The notes: generated by a model not told the origin, from the sequence alone. 64,000 bases of DNA from an uncultured Chitinophaga sp. (GCA_964560445.1 CAZLLT010000007.1:20255-84254); one strand, 5' to 3'. Shown: positions 9,598 to 19,699, counted from the first letter of the stretch. Program-made: numbers and translations.

Positions 9598-9746
9598 GCC
9601 CTTCGTTCCGTTATTTTCTTTTCGGAAACGGAGGGGAAATACCTGCAACTCTTTACAATCACATTCAAGGCATGTTACTATCCGGTTTCCCGGTAGCAAC
9701 TATCCGTTTACTATTTTTTCATTTCATCATAAAAAAAAATAATGTT

Positions 9747-10118
9747 ATGCGTCCAGTTATCTGTTTAAGCGATTACAATACATTAAAATCCCTGATTGCC
9801 AACTGCCCGCCACACTTGAAAACGAAAGAAATCGTTCAATTATCGGCAGAATTGGAAAGAGCGGAAATTACAGAAAACGATAAATCCGGCAACGATGTAA
9901 TAAAACTCAACTCCATTTTTGAGGCGGAAGAGGTAAAAAGCAAAAAAATATGGAAATTAACACTCACTTTGCCGGAGCAGGCAAATGTGAAGGAGCAGAA
10001 AATATCTGTTTTTTCCCCGCTGGGCATTGCACTGATAGGCTTTAAAAAAGGGATGACTGTAAAATGGAACATGCCCGGCGGAGAGAAGAATATTCACATC
10101 CATAATGTTATAAACTAA
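9747..10118 (+). CDS. GreA/GreB-family C-terminal domain protein (Rnk-like)
   Basis: ELERAE...VIKLNS...LTLPEQANVKEQKISVFSPLGIALIG...G..VKW.MPGG; ATG at 9747. Confidence 0.85.
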   Translation: MRPVICLSDYNTLKSLIANCPPHLKTKEIVQLSAELERAEITENDKSGNDVIKLNSIFEAEEVKSKKIWKLTLTLPEQANVKEQKISVFSPLGIALIGFKKGMTVKWNMPGGEKNIHIHNVIN

Positions 10119-10134
10119 TTTTAAATCAAAAGCT

Positions 10135-11742
10135 ATGAGGCGCAGTTTTATCCTTATCTCTACCGCATTACTGTTGGTTACATTCGGTCTGGCATTTTTT
10201 CTTAGCCCGAACTGGTATGTTCTCTTTGCTGTTGTATTGTTATTGACTTTGTTGGGGTATTATGATATGCTTCAAACAAAACATTCCATCAAGCGGATAT
10301 ACCCAGTGGTTGGCAGGCTGAGGTATGTAATGGAAGAACTTCGCCCAAAAATTTACCAGTACTTTATCGAGTCGGATATTGATGGCCGTCCTGTAAACCG
10401 GATTGACCGGTCAACCGTTTACCAACGGGCCAAAGCGGAAAACGATACCATGCCTTTTGGCACCCAGCTTGATGTGTACTCAGAAGGATATGAATGGATG
10501 TGCCATTCCATTTCACCCAAAGATTTTAATCTTCTTGACCACAATCCAAGGGTTGTTATTGGTAATAAAGATTGTAAGCAACCCTATTCCTGCAGCATTT
10601 TCAATATTTCTGCTATGAGCTTTGGTTCTTTAAGCCCCAATGCTGTAGAAGCGATGAATGCAGGCGCTAAAATCGGCGGATTTGCACATAACACCGGAGA
10701 AGGCGGCCTTAGCCCATACCATTTAAAACATGGGGGCGACATTATATGGCAGATCGGTACCGGCTACTTTGGCTGCCGCACTGCCGACGGCCATTTTAAT
10801 GGGGAACTTTTCCAGGAAAAAGCAGCGCATCCCCAGGTAAAAATGATTGAGTTGAAAATATCGCAAGGCGCTAAACCGGGGCATGGCGGTATTCTCCCTG
10901 CTGCTAAAAACACACCTGAAATTGCGGCTATCCGGAGTATAGAGCCGCATACGCTGGTAATATCCCCGCCCTACCACAGGGCTTTTGATTCGCCGCGGGG
11001 CCTTATCCGTTTCGTTCAGCAACTCAGGGAGCTTTCGGGCGGCAAGCCGGTTGGCTTTAAACTATGTATTGGCTACAAAAGCGAATTTATCAGTATCTGC
11101 AAAGCCATGATGGAGTTAAATACCTATCCTGATTTTATAACGGTAGATGGAGCTGAAGGCGGAACCGGCGCAGCACCGCAGGAATTCTCGAATTATGTTG
11201 GCGCCCCTCTCTTAGACGGCCTTGATTTTGTACACAACATTCTCAATGGCCTGGATTTGCGCAAGCACATTAAAATAATTGCTTCCGGGAAAATCACTAC
11301 CGGCTTCCATATCATCAGGGCGATGTCTCTGGGCGCCGATGCCTGCTATTCTGCAAGGGCTATGATGATGGCTGTGGGCTGCATACAGGCTTTGCTATGC
11401 AATACCAATAAATGCCCCGTAGGTGTAGCCACACAAGATCCCCGCCTTACGGTGGGGCTGGTGGTGGAAGACAAAAAAACAAGGGTAGCCAATTATCATA
11501 AAAAAACAGTAGAAAGCGTAGTAGAACTTTTAGGCGCTTCCGGGCTTGACAGTAAAGAAAATATTACCCGTTCGCATATTTACCGGCGTATCTCTTTTCA
11601 ATCCATGCTTACTTACCAGGAAATCTTTCCGACCTATGAAACCGGTTCTTTTCTGAAGGAAATACCAGCCCGGTATAAGCAGGACTGGGCTTATGCAAGC
11701 GCCGACCATTGGGGCCGCCCCGCTACCGGCAAGTGGGAATAA
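10135..11742 (+). CDS. FMN-binding glutamate synthase family protein
   Basis: SAMSFGSLS, HNTGEGG, IELKISQGAKPGHGG, DGAEGGTGAAP and CNTNKCPVGVATQD motifs; N-terminal TM segments. Confidence 0.92.
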   Translation: MRRSFILISTALLLVTFGLAFFLSPNWYVLFAVVLLLTLLGYYDMLQTKHSIKRIYPVVGRLRYVMEELRPKIYQYFIESDIDGRPVNRIDRSTVYQRAKAENDTMPFGTQLDVYSEGYEWMCHSISPKDFNLLDHNPRVVIGNKDCKQPYSCSIFNISAMSFGSLSPNAVEAMNAGAKIGGFAHNTGEGGLSPYHLKHGGDIIWQIGTGYFGCRTADGHFNGELFQEKAAHPQVKMIELKISQGAKPGHGGILPAAKNTPEIAAIRSIEPHTLVISPPYHRAFDSPRGLIRFVQQLRELSGGKPVGFKLCIGYKSEFISICKAMMELNTYPDFITVDGAEGGTGAAPQEFSNYVGAPLLDGLDFVHNILNGLDLRKHIKIIASGKITTGFHIIRAMSLGADACYSARAMMMAVGCIQALLCNTNKCPVGVATQDPRLTVGLVVEDKKTRVANYHKKTVESVVELLGASGLDSKENITRSHIYRRISFQSMLTYQEIFPTYETGSFLKEIPARYKQDWAYASADHWGRPATGKWE

Positions 11743-11755
11743 TTGGGAAAAAAGG

Positions 11756-13129
11756 TTATTGTTGATCTTTCAATATCCTTGACCCTTTGGGATAATAATT
11801 ATTTACCCGGTTAGCCAATACATTCATCCATCCCAGCGGATGGCCGGAAAAGGAAGCCAGCCGCCAGCCTTTTTTACTTTCAGGATAATTGAATTCTTTC
11901 TTTTGCAAATAAAAAATTGCTTCCTCCCTGTCCAGTTCCGTTTTTTCTGCAAGCACAATACTACCTGGCTGCATGGCCAAGGCATGATCGGGCACTAACT
12001 TATCCCGCATCAGTTCACCGACAAGCACACCGGAATAAACCACTTTAAGCTGCTGCAATAAAAAATTGAAATCGTCCAGGTGAACTTCGGGCCAACCATA
12101 AACTGTTTGCTGGTTTTTGATGAATGAAAAGCCGGGCACATTTATCCAGCTCTTCAATATGTCCAATTCCTTTTTTGAAACCGGCTCTGCTTTTTTCTTT
12201 GTTCTTATTTGTTCACCAGGCTCACCATCTTTTTTCCTGAAACAGGCAAGAAAAAAACCCTCGCCTTTGAGCTTATCAGGCCAGAAGCGGTAACCGAAGT
12301 TTCCTGAATCTGAAATTGTTTCAATAATACGCCATTCACTACTAATGTTAAGATGATAGCTGATAACTGGTAGTTCCTTTGCAATCCAATCAAGTATCAT
12401 TTCATCTTCTTCTTTTGAATAGGAACAGGTGGAATAAATCAGTATCCCGTCTTTTTTCAAAGCAGGCCACACATCAGCAATAATTCTTTGCTGTCGCTGC
12501 GAACATAATTGCACATTATTCAAACTCCATTCTTCAACAGCTTCCGGTTCCCGGCGGAACAAACCGCTGCCACTACACGGCGCATCAACAATAACAACAT
12601 CAAAATAATTTTCCAGTTTTGCAAAATCCTTCGGGTCATTATTCGTAACCATCACATTCCGGCAGCCCCATTTGATAATATTGTCTTTTAAAATACCGGC
12701 CCTTGCCCGGATTACTTCATTGCTTACCAGCAGGCTGTCTTTTGAAATAAGGGATTGAAGATGCGTTGATTTGCCTCCCGGCGCTGCACAAAGGTCCAGT
12801 ACTTTTAAGGGTTTGGCCAGGTCAACTGTTTGCTTCAATGCCTGCTCCAAGAACATACTACTTGCTTCCTGCACATAATAACAACCGGCATGAAAAAGAG
12901 GGTCGAAGGTGAAGGAAGGACGGGTTTCGAGGTAGAAGCCGGATTCAGCCCAGCCTATTCTGGATTTTGGGTTTTGGATTTCAGGTTGTTTGGAAGGATT
13001 TATCCGTATCGAAGTAACCTGTTCGCCGGAAGCATGTGTTTTTTCAAAGGCTTCTTTATTGAAGCTGGCTATTGTTTCTAAAGATTTAATTAACGGTTCA
13101 GGAAGTTTCATTGTAAAAAAATTCATCAT
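11756..13129 (-). CDS. rsmF: RsmB/NOP family rRNA m5C methyltransferase (RsmF-like)
   Basis: YYVQEASSM, DLCAAPGGKS, VDAPCSGSG, IYSTCSY and C-terminal NNYYPK; start could be 13111. Confidence 0.85.
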   Translation of the reverse strand: MMNFFTMKLPEPLIKSLETIASFNKEAFEKTHASGEQVTSIRINPSKQPEIQNPKSRIGWAESGFYLETRPSFTFDPLFHAGCYYVQEASSMFLEQALKQTVDLAKPLKVLDLCAAPGGKSTHLQSLISKDSLLVSNEVIRARAGILKDNIIKWGCRNVMVTNNDPKDFAKLENYFDVVIVDAPCSGSGLFRREPEAVEEWSLNNVQLCSQRQQRIIADVWPALKKDGILIYSTCSYSKEEDEMILDWIAKELPVISYHLNISSEWRIIETISDSGNFGYRFWPDKLKGEGFFLACFRKKDGEPGEQIRTKKKAEPVSKKELDILKSWINVPGFSFIKNQQTVYGWPEVHLDDFNFLLQQLKVVYSGVLVGELMRDKLVPDHALAMQPGSIVLAEKTELDREEAIFYLQKKEFNYPESKKGWRLASFSGHPLGWMNVLANRVNNYYPKGSRILKDQQ

Positions 13130-13564
13130 TCTTTCTCTTTACGCATCTCCCATGTTCCTGTATTAAGGTATTCAATATACCCTCCCTCATGCTTCTTTTC
13201 ACTTTCAACCATCTCCCAACTACCACTGAATTGTTCCAGCGACTCATTATATTCACCATAATAATGTATTTCGGCAGTCTTTCTGCTCTTATCCAAAGAC
13301 AACGTACCGTCATCTTCTAAAACATATGGTTGGGGATATTGCTTTATAAAACTAATAGACCCGTTATCATAAAACCCTTTTATACTCGCCACATCAGACT
13401 GACAGCCTACGCCATCAATATCAAATACCTTCCCGGTAAATTCGTTTCTATTCCCTTCAAGAAACAGCATGAAAGTAACCCGTTCTCCATGAAAATCTCC
13501 GTATTCAGGCCCATAAACAAACTCACCTTTCCATTGGCCGGAAAAAAAAAATTCTTTTTGCCAT
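13126..13564 (-). pseudogene. Hypothetical protein interrupted by a +1 frameshift in a T10 run (or a sequencing error)
   Basis: ATG at 13564, 10 nt after the pntB stop, reads MAKRIFF. With T9 instead of T10 (13542-13551) it continues SGQWKGEFVYGPEYGDFHGERVTF into the listed 114-aa ORF. Confidence 0.6.
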
Positions 13565-13574
13565 GCAATTTCGA

Positions 13575-15077
13575 TTAGAGGTTCTTTATCTCCCCTATCA
13601 AATCCTGCAACACTTTCTTTGCATCGCCGAACAACATGGAAGTTTTTGGCCGAAAGAAGAGTTCATTCTCGATGCCTGCATAACCGGGCTTCATACTTCG
13701 CTTATTGACGATAACATTTTTGGATAGTTCCACATCCAATATAGGCATTCCGTAAATCGGGGAAGAAGAATCCGTTTTGGCAGCGGGGTTCACCACATCA
13801 TTGGCGCCGAGAACCAATACTACATCTGTTGTTGAAAATTCTTCATTGGCCTGTTCCATTTCCAATAGCTTATCATAAGGCACATCTGCTTCAGCAAGTA
13901 ATACATTCATGTGGCCGGGCATACGACCCGCCACCGGGTGAATGGCATATTTTACTTCCACTCCTTTTTCTTCGAGTAATTTTTCCAGTTCATGACAGGC
14001 ATGCTGCGCCTGTGCCACGGCCAACCCATAACCGGGTACAATAAAAACTTTATTGGCATAGCTCATTACTACGGCTGCATCGCTGAGTGTAATTTCTTTG
14101 TAGCTGCCTTGTTCTTTTGCGCCACCGCTTGCTGCTTTATTGCCACCGCCAAATGAACCAATCAATACATTGGTCAATGAACGGTTCATGGCTCTGCACA
14201 TTAATACCGTAAGTAGAATACCTGCAGCGCCCACCAATATACCGCCGGCAAGAATAAATTTATTATCGTACAAAAAACCACCGGAAGCGGCCGCTACACC
14301 ACTTAACGACATTAATAAGGAAATAACTACCGGCATATCGGCGCCGCCAATCGGCATTACAAAAAATACACCATACAATAAGGCGGCAGCAAAAGTAATG
14401 TAGAACAAAACGGAAACATTTGCACCTGCTGGATTAGCAGTAATGTACCCGGCTAACCCTAAACAGCCAAATAATAAAACCAGGTTTACAATATGCTGGC
14501 CACGGAATGTTACATCTTTAAATTTTCCCATTAACTTAAAACAGGCAACAAGGCTGCCCGAAAAGGTCAAGGCCCCCAAAATCAAACCTAAAAATATGAT
14601 TATTAAACTGCCGCTTGATGGAACAGAAATACCACTCAGTAATTCTTCGGCAGTAGGCACTCTTTCTCCCGGGTAGGGAAGGTTAAACATTTCTTCCAGG
14701 TTAACAGGTCTTGTTAGCTGGTTAAATTCTAAAATTGATATTAGCGCCGCACTTCCTCCTCCCATTCCGTTAAAAAAGCTCACCAACTCCGGCATGGAAG
14801 TCATTTTTACTTTTTTGGCGGCAATCAACCCAATGATTGTACCGATAATTAAAGCGGCGAATATCCAAACTCTATTACCGAGGAAACTACCGTCAGGGCT
14901 TTTGTATAAAAAAACCGTCCCTACTATTGCAACACCCATTCCGAGCCCGGCAATACGATTTCCTTTATTGGCTGTTGCGGGATGAGATGCCATACGCAAA
15001 CCAACAATCAATGCAATAACTGCCAAAAGGTATATTACTGTTAGAATCATAAGCCCGATTTGAAGTTGTGCCAACAA
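13575..15077 (-). CDS. pntB: NAD(P)+ transhydrogenase subunit beta
   Basis: MPELVSFFNGMGG, IGGADMPVVISLL, PGYGLAVAQAQH, IHPVAGRMPGHMNVLLAEA and GANDVVNPAA. Confidence 0.97.
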   Translation of the reverse strand: MLAQLQIGLMILTVIYLLAVIALIVGLRMASHPATANKGNRIAGLGMGVAIVGTVFLYKSPDGSFLGNRVWIFAALIIGTIIGLIAAKKVKMTSMPELVSFFNGMGGGSAALISILEFNQLTRPVNLEEMFNLPYPGERVPTAEELLSGISVPSSGSLIIIFLGLILGALTFSGSLVACFKLMGKFKDVTFRGQHIVNLVLLFGCLGLAGYITANPAGANVSVLFYITFAAALLYGVFFVMPIGGADMPVVISLLMSLSGVAAASGGFLYDNKFILAGGILVGAAGILLTVLMCRAMNRSLTNVLIGSFGGGNKAASGGAKEQGSYKEITLSDAAVVMSYANKVFIVPGYGLAVAQAQHACHELEKLLEEKGVEVKYAIHPVAGRMPGHMNVLLAEADVPYDKLLEMEQANEEFSTTDVVLVLGANDVVNPAAKTDSSSPIYGMPILDVELSKNVIVNKRSMKPGYAGIENELFFRPKTSMLFGDAKKVLQDLIGEIKNL

Positions 15078-15160
15078 TTCATTTTATGTTACAACTTCCT
15101 TTATAAAATAACTATTATTCAAAAAACTCAATTAGAATGCCTGCCCCCCGCCATTCGGCA

Positions 15161-15475
15161 TCAGGAGTTTTTTTTCTTTTTAAACATTTCCAACATTCTG
15201 TCAGTTACCACAAAACCACCTACCACATTTAATGTACCCATAAGCACAGCTAAAAACCCCAAAATCAGGGCTACGTAATTATCCGAATCGGCACGGCCTA
15301 AAACTATTACTGCTCCTATAACCACTACTCCACTCACTGCATTCGCATGGCTCATTAATGGCGTATGCAAAACAGATGGCACCCTGCTGATGATTACAAA
15401 CCCTAAAAAAATCACCAGTACAAGGATGTAAACCATTTGTTCGTTATCTGCAAACCATTTTAATACTGATTCCAT
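15161..15475 (-). CDS. pntA: NAD(P)+ transhydrogenase subunit alpha, part 2 (membrane)
   Basis: VPSVLHTPLMS.ANAVSG and NVVGGFVVTDRMLEMFK. Confidence 0.95.
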   Translation of the reverse strand: MESVLKWFADNEQMVYILVLVIFLGFVIISRVPSVLHTPLMSHANAVSGVVVIGAVIVLGRADSDNYVALILGFLAVLMGTLNVVGGFVVTDRMLEMFKKKKNS

Positions 15476-15527
15476 ATTGTAAACTATTTTTCGTTCCCTT
15501 ATTGATGAACAGAGACTACCACATAAA

Positions 15528-16637
15528 TCACTTCAACCGTTCGTGTACAACAGCGCCTTCATATGCAATACAACTACCTTTTACCAACTCATCTTCCCAA
15601 TTCAGGTTTACACCTCCTTCTTTCCCGGTAATCAACTGTAAAAAGTTCAGCACATTTTTACCATACAATTTGCTTGCATCGGAAGGCATGGTGGATGGCA
15701 GGCTGGAATTGCCCACAATACTCACACCGTTATACTGCACCGTTTCATTGTTTTTTGTAAAAGGTGTATTGCCCCCGGTAGCTGCTGCAATATCAATAAT
15801 TACCGAGCCATTACGCATCCTGTTCAGCATTTCTTCGGTTATTAATACCGGCGCTTTTTTACCGGGAATCTGCGCTGTTGTAATAACAATATCGGCTTTG
15901 GCAATACTGTCTGCAATTTTTTGCTGCTGCTGCTGCTTATACTCTTCCGTTTGCTCTACGGCATACCCTCCTGCTTTGGATGCATCGGCAGCGCCTTCCA
16001 CTTCCACAAATTTTGCGCCCAGGCTCATCACTTCTTCTTTTACGGCCGGTCTTGTATCAAATACTTCCACTACGGCGCCCAGGCGTTTTGCCGTAGCAAT
16101 TGCCTGCAATCCGGCTACACCGGCGCCAAGTATCAGCACTTTTGCGGGGGCAATACTTCCTGCTGCTGTCATAAACATCGGGAAATACCGGGGATACAGA
16201 TTGGCCGCTGTCAATACGGCTTTATACCCTGCAATATTTGCCTGTGAACTCAATACATCCATCGCCTGCGCCCGGGTGGTGCGGGGCAGCATATCCAACG
16301 AAAAAACAGTAAGACCTTCCGAAGCCCATTCTTTTACCCCATCCACATTGTATAAAGGCTGATAAACGCCGACGAATATTTTTGATTTCGGGTTTTGGAT
16401 TTCGGGTTTATCTATAGCATGAATGCTTAAAATAATATCAGAAGAAGCAATTACTTCGTTGCGGCTTTTTATCTGGGCGCCTGCCTTTTCGTAATCAGCA
16501 TTGCTGCAAGAGGCCCTTTCACCGGCGCCGGTTTCTACCCCTACCGTAACCCCCTTTTTGGTGAGGGTGGCTACAGCTTCGGCCAGCAGCGATACTCTTG
16601 TTTCCGGAACAGGTTCTTTCAGGACACCAATCGTCAT
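15528..16637 (-). CDS. pntA: NAD(P)+ transhydrogenase subunit alpha, part 1 (soluble)
   Basis: Starts MTIGVLKE (ATG 16637); RAQAMDVLSSQANIAGYKAV, GAGVAGLQAIATA and DIVITTAQIPGKKAP. Confidence 0.95.
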   Translation of the reverse strand: MTIGVLKEPVPETRVSLLAEAVATLTKKGVTVGVETGAGERASCSNADYEKAGAQIKSRNEVIASSDIILSIHAIDKPEIQNPKSKIFVGVYQPLYNVDGVKEWASEGLTVFSLDMLPRTTRAQAMDVLSSQANIAGYKAVLTAANLYPRYFPMFMTAAGSIAPAKVLILGAGVAGLQAIATAKRLGAVVEVFDTRPAVKEEVMSLGAKFVEVEGAADASKAGGYAVEQTEEYKQQQQQKIADSIAKADIVITTAQIPGKKAPVLITEEMLNRMRNGSVIIDIAAATGGNTPFTKNNETVQYNGVSIVGNSSLPSTMPSDASKLYGKNVLNFLQLITGKEGGVNLNWEDELVKGSCIAYEGAVVHERLK

Positions 16638-16687
16638 AGATATTTTATTCAGTGATTGTGCCCGAAGATAGCGATTTTTAATCCCGG

Positions 16688-17485
16688 TCAAACCCGTATG
16701 ATAAAATCCTGCTTTTCAAAAAATTCTTTCCGGAAAAATACAATGCCAACAAAAAAAAGATCAACCGTACACCGGACAGAAGGATGCTTCTTAATAAAAG
16801 CCCAGGCAGCCTCCATTTCCCTGCTCCAATGTATATCATCGAAAACAAGAACAGTGTCGTTATGCGTATGCGGCAACAGGTGCTGAAAATACCTGACAGT
16901 CGGCTCTTCCCGGTGATTGCCATCAATAAAAGCGAAATCCAACGATGAAAGTTGTGCAATGGCAGGCGAAAGGGTGTCATCAAAGTTGCCTTCCAATAAC
17001 GAGTAGTTGGAAATATTCAGCTTCCTCAGGTTTTTCCTGGCAGCAGCAGCAATTTTTTTTGCCCCTTCCAATGTTATTACCTGTGCATCCGGCCGGGCAA
17101 GGCATAAATAGGAAGTGGTGATGCCCAATGAAGCGCCTAATTCAAGAATGGAAGAAGGCTGCAAACTTTTCACCATCCTGAATAATAACTGTCCGAATTT
17201 TTTGGGCTTGGCGGCATTATTGGCAATAGAGGCTACCGACCGCTGCGTTGATTTATCAGTTACAGAGCCAGCCCCGAAATCCTGAACTGTTATTATGGAT
17301 TTATCTTGTTTCAACTCAGTCCGCAGTTGCTCAACAATCTCATACTCCGGGTAGTTGTTTTTATCATTCAGTATATCCGTAATAAACCGGAACAGAAAAG
17401 GCGAATGAATGCCATGCCCCTTTCCGTTGGAAGCGGTAATATAATAATGAAGGTATTTAACAGCAAGATGAACGGGAGAGTACAT
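16688..17485 (-). CDS. Class I SAM-dependent methyltransferase (Methyltransf_24-like)
   Basis: GHGIHSPF N-terminus, ILELGASLGITT, FIDGNH and VFDDIHWS. Confidence 0.85.
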   Translation of the reverse strand: MYSPVHLAVKYLHYYITASNGKGHGIHSPFLFRFITDILNDKNNYPEYEIVEQLRTELKQDKSIITVQDFGAGSVTDKSTQRSVASIANNAAKPKKFGQLLFRMVKSLQPSSILELGASLGITTSYLCLARPDAQVITLEGAKKIAAAARKNLRKLNISNYSLLEGNFDDTLSPAIAQLSSLDFAFIDGNHREEPTVRYFQHLLPHTHNDTVLVFDDIHWSREMEAAWAFIKKHPSVRCTVDLFFVGIVFFRKEFFEKQDFIIRV

Positions 17486-17552
17486 GCAGCAAAATAAAAG
17501 ATTAGCGGTTATTCATCTTGTGCTTTCGGCTTTAAATTATTTATACCCGGCA

Positions 17553-18047
17553 TCAGCGAATCCTTTCCCATAACTGGAAAGAATGATTATAAGGGTTCTT
17601 CCCGTCCGCCTCATGATTATCCTGGCTTACGAGAAACCATTCCGAAGGCTCTATATCCGGGAAAAAAGTATCTGCTTCCGGCTCGGCATCCACACGGGTA
17701 AGGTATATCCGTTTTGCTTTGCTGAATAATGCTTTGTATATCTCACCGCCACCGATTACCATTACTTCTTTGGCATCCGTTTCATTGGCAACGAACAAGG
17801 CATCATCAAGGCTCTTTACCACAATTGTTCCTTCGTGTTTCCAGTCCGGCTGGCGGGAAATAACAATATTCTTTCTGCCGGGAAGCACTTTCCCCAGCGA
17901 TTCAAAGGTTTTACGGCCCATGATGACAGGCAGACCCCAGGTTACATTTTTGAAGTGCCGCATATCGTTGGGCAAATGCCAGGGCATGGCGCCTGATTTA
18001 CCGATGGCGTTATTGTTGGCTGCTGCTACTATTAAGCTAATATTCAA
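17553..18047 (-). CDS. folA: Dihydrofolate reductase
   Basis: IG..GAMPWHLPND, IMGRKTFES, LPGRKNIV and VIGGGEIY. Confidence 0.97.
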   Translation of the reverse strand: MNISLIVAAANNNAIGKSGAMPWHLPNDMRHFKNVTWGLPVIMGRKTFESLGKVLPGRKNIVISRQPDWKHEGTIVVKSLDDALFVANETDAKEVMVIGGGEIYKALFSKAKRIYLTRVDAEPEADTFFPDIEPSEWFLVSQDNHEADGKNPYNHSFQLWERIR

Positions 18048-18121
18048 TTTTTGGGGTTTTGATTTTTGGTTTTGGGTTTAGCGCAGAAGCAATCTAAAAT
18101 CTAAACTCCAAAATCTAAAAT
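18048..18121. repeat. Inverted cluster of 7-nt periodic repeats (AATCTAA/AATCCAA family)
   Basis: tttgatttttggttttgggttt ... aatctaaaatctaaactccaaaatctaaaat between folA and thyA. Confidence 0.7.
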
Positions 18122-18940
18122 TTACACAGCTACCGGCGCTTTGATAGCGGGATGCGACTGATAGTTTTCCAATGTAAAATCTTCAAAACTGAAATCAAAA
18201 ATATTTTTTACATCGGGGGTTAATTTCATCGTTGGCAACGGGTACGGTTCCCTTGACAGTTGCAACTGTACCTGCTCTGCGTGATTGTTGTAAATATGCG
18301 CATCGCCAAACGTATGCACAAAATCTCCCGGTTCCAGGTCGCATACCTGCGCTATCATCATTGTCAATAATGCATAGGATGCTATATTAAAAGGTACACC
18401 TAAAAATACATCGGCAGATCTTTGATACAGTTGACACGATAAACGACCCTTATCCCCCCCTTGGTGGGCTGATGGGGCCACATAAAACTGGAACATGGTA
18501 TGACAGGGCATCAACGCCATATCAGGCAAATCAGCTACATTCCAGGCGCTGATGATAAGCCGACGGCTGTCGGGGTTCTTCTTTATCTGCTGTACCAGAT
18601 CCGATACCTGGTCAATGCTTTTTCCATCGGCCCCTTCCCAGCTACGCCATTGCTTGCCGTACACCGGGCCCAGTTCCCCATTGTTATCGGCCCATTCATC
18701 CCAGATGCTTACACCATGTTCTTTTAAGTAAGCAATATTCGTTTCTCCCTTCAAAAACCAGAGCAGTTCATAAATAATACTTTTCAGGTGTACTTTCTTC
18801 GTTGTTACCAACGGAAAACCCTTTTGCAGGTCAAACCGCATCTGGTAGCCAAACACACTTTTTGTATTGATCCCGGGGCGGGATGGTTTTTCCGTACCGT
18901 TCTCTGTAATATATTTTAATAAATCAAGATACTGTTGCAT
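18122..18940 (-). CDS. thyA: Thymidylate synthase
   Basis: [29 protein letters not shown] and [19 protein letters not shown]. Confidence 0.98.
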   Translation of the reverse strand: MQQYLDLLKYITENGTEKPSRPGINTKSVFGYQMRFDLQKGFPLVTTKKVHLKSIIYELLWFLKGETNIAYLKEHGVSIWDEWADNNGELGPVYGKQWRSWEGADGKSIDQVSDLVQQIKKNPDSRRLIISAWNVADLPDMALMPCHTMFQFYVAPSAHQGGDKGRLSCQLYQRSADVFLGVPFNIASYALLTMMIAQVCDLEPGDFVHTFGDAHIYNNHAEQVQLQLSREPYPLPTMKLTPDVKNIFDFSFEDFTLENYQSHPAIKAPVAV

Positions 18941-19171
18941 GGGTGCAAGTTAGGAAAAAGGGAGTGGGAAATGGCGAATGGCAGGCAGGGTGTGGGCAAT
19001 CTGTGGATTGAGGATAAGCAGATTTTCAATAAAAGAAAGATTATCCCTCACCTGTTAAATACATAACTTTAGCCTGCTTTTGTACGAATAGGCAAAAACA
19101 AATCCCTGCCCTGCACAAATATTTTAACGACAGAGCCACAATACAGCAACCAATAAATCAACATCTCAATT

Positions 19172-19699
19172 ATGAAAAAAAATGGTTTACTTCTTTTTGT
19201 GATTACCACATCGTTCTGTTTGGGCTTCACAGTTAAAGCAATAACTACAAAACAACCAACAAACCAAACAAAATTGAAAAAAGTTACAGGCATCGGCGGC
19301 ATTTTCTTTAAATGCCAAGACCCGGAAAAAATGAAAGAATGGTACCAAAAAAACCTGGGACTAAATACCGATAAATATGGGACTGTTTTTGAATGGTGGC
19401 AGGGCGCAGACAGCAGTAAGAAAGGGTTTACCCAATGGAGCCCTTTTGCTGAAAAAACAACATACTTTGAACCCTCAACAAAAGATTTCATGATAAACTA
19501 CAGGGTCGAAGACCTGGAAGCCCTGGTAGAAGAGTTGAAAAAAAGCGGGGTAACTGTTACCGACAGTATTGAAACAGTAGAATACGGCAAATTCGTTCAT
19601 ATTCTTGACCCCGAAGGAAACAAGATAGAGCTTTGGGAGCCAAACGATATTGAATATGAGAAATTAGGCATCCAGTTGGGAAGCAAGACTACAAAATAA
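19172..19699 (+). CDS. VOC/glyoxalase family protein with an N-terminal signal or anchor
   Basis: KVTGIGGIFFK, MINYRVEDL and YGKFVHILDPEGNKIELWEP. Confidence 0.88.
   Translation: MKKNGLLLFVITTSFCLGFTVKAITTKQPTNQTKLKKVTGIGGIFFKCQDPEKMKEWYQKNLGLNTDKYGTVFEWWQGADSSKKGFTQWSPFAEKTTYFEPSTKDFMINYRVEDLEALVEELKKSGVTVTDSIETVEYGKFVHILDPEGNKIELWEPNDIEYEKLGIQLGSKTTK

Noticed and set aside
14610-14720. Extra loop of about 30 aa in PntB (RPVNLEEMFNLPYPGERVPTAEELLSG)
   Set aside because: It looks longer than canonical PntB, but shows no repeat or palindrome signature, and I cannot confirm it is unusual without an alignment.
15919-15940. (CTG)5 trinucleotide run encoding KQQQQQK in PntA
   Set aside because: It lies in an ordinary helical segment, is in-frame, and is too short to suggest contingency variation.
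15502-16362. 286-aa plus-strand ORF, and similar long shadow ORFs (6996-7427, 7712-8353, 31920-32402, 36804-37436, 40921-41520)
   Set aside because: They are antisense to well-supported genes, have no recognisable motifs, and are explained by codon bias or repeats on the coding strand.
17486-19171. Riboswitch upstream of thyA/folA or the methyltransferase
   Set aside because: The intergenic spaces are short or filled with heptamer repeats, and no THF, SAM or other aptamer consensus was recognised.
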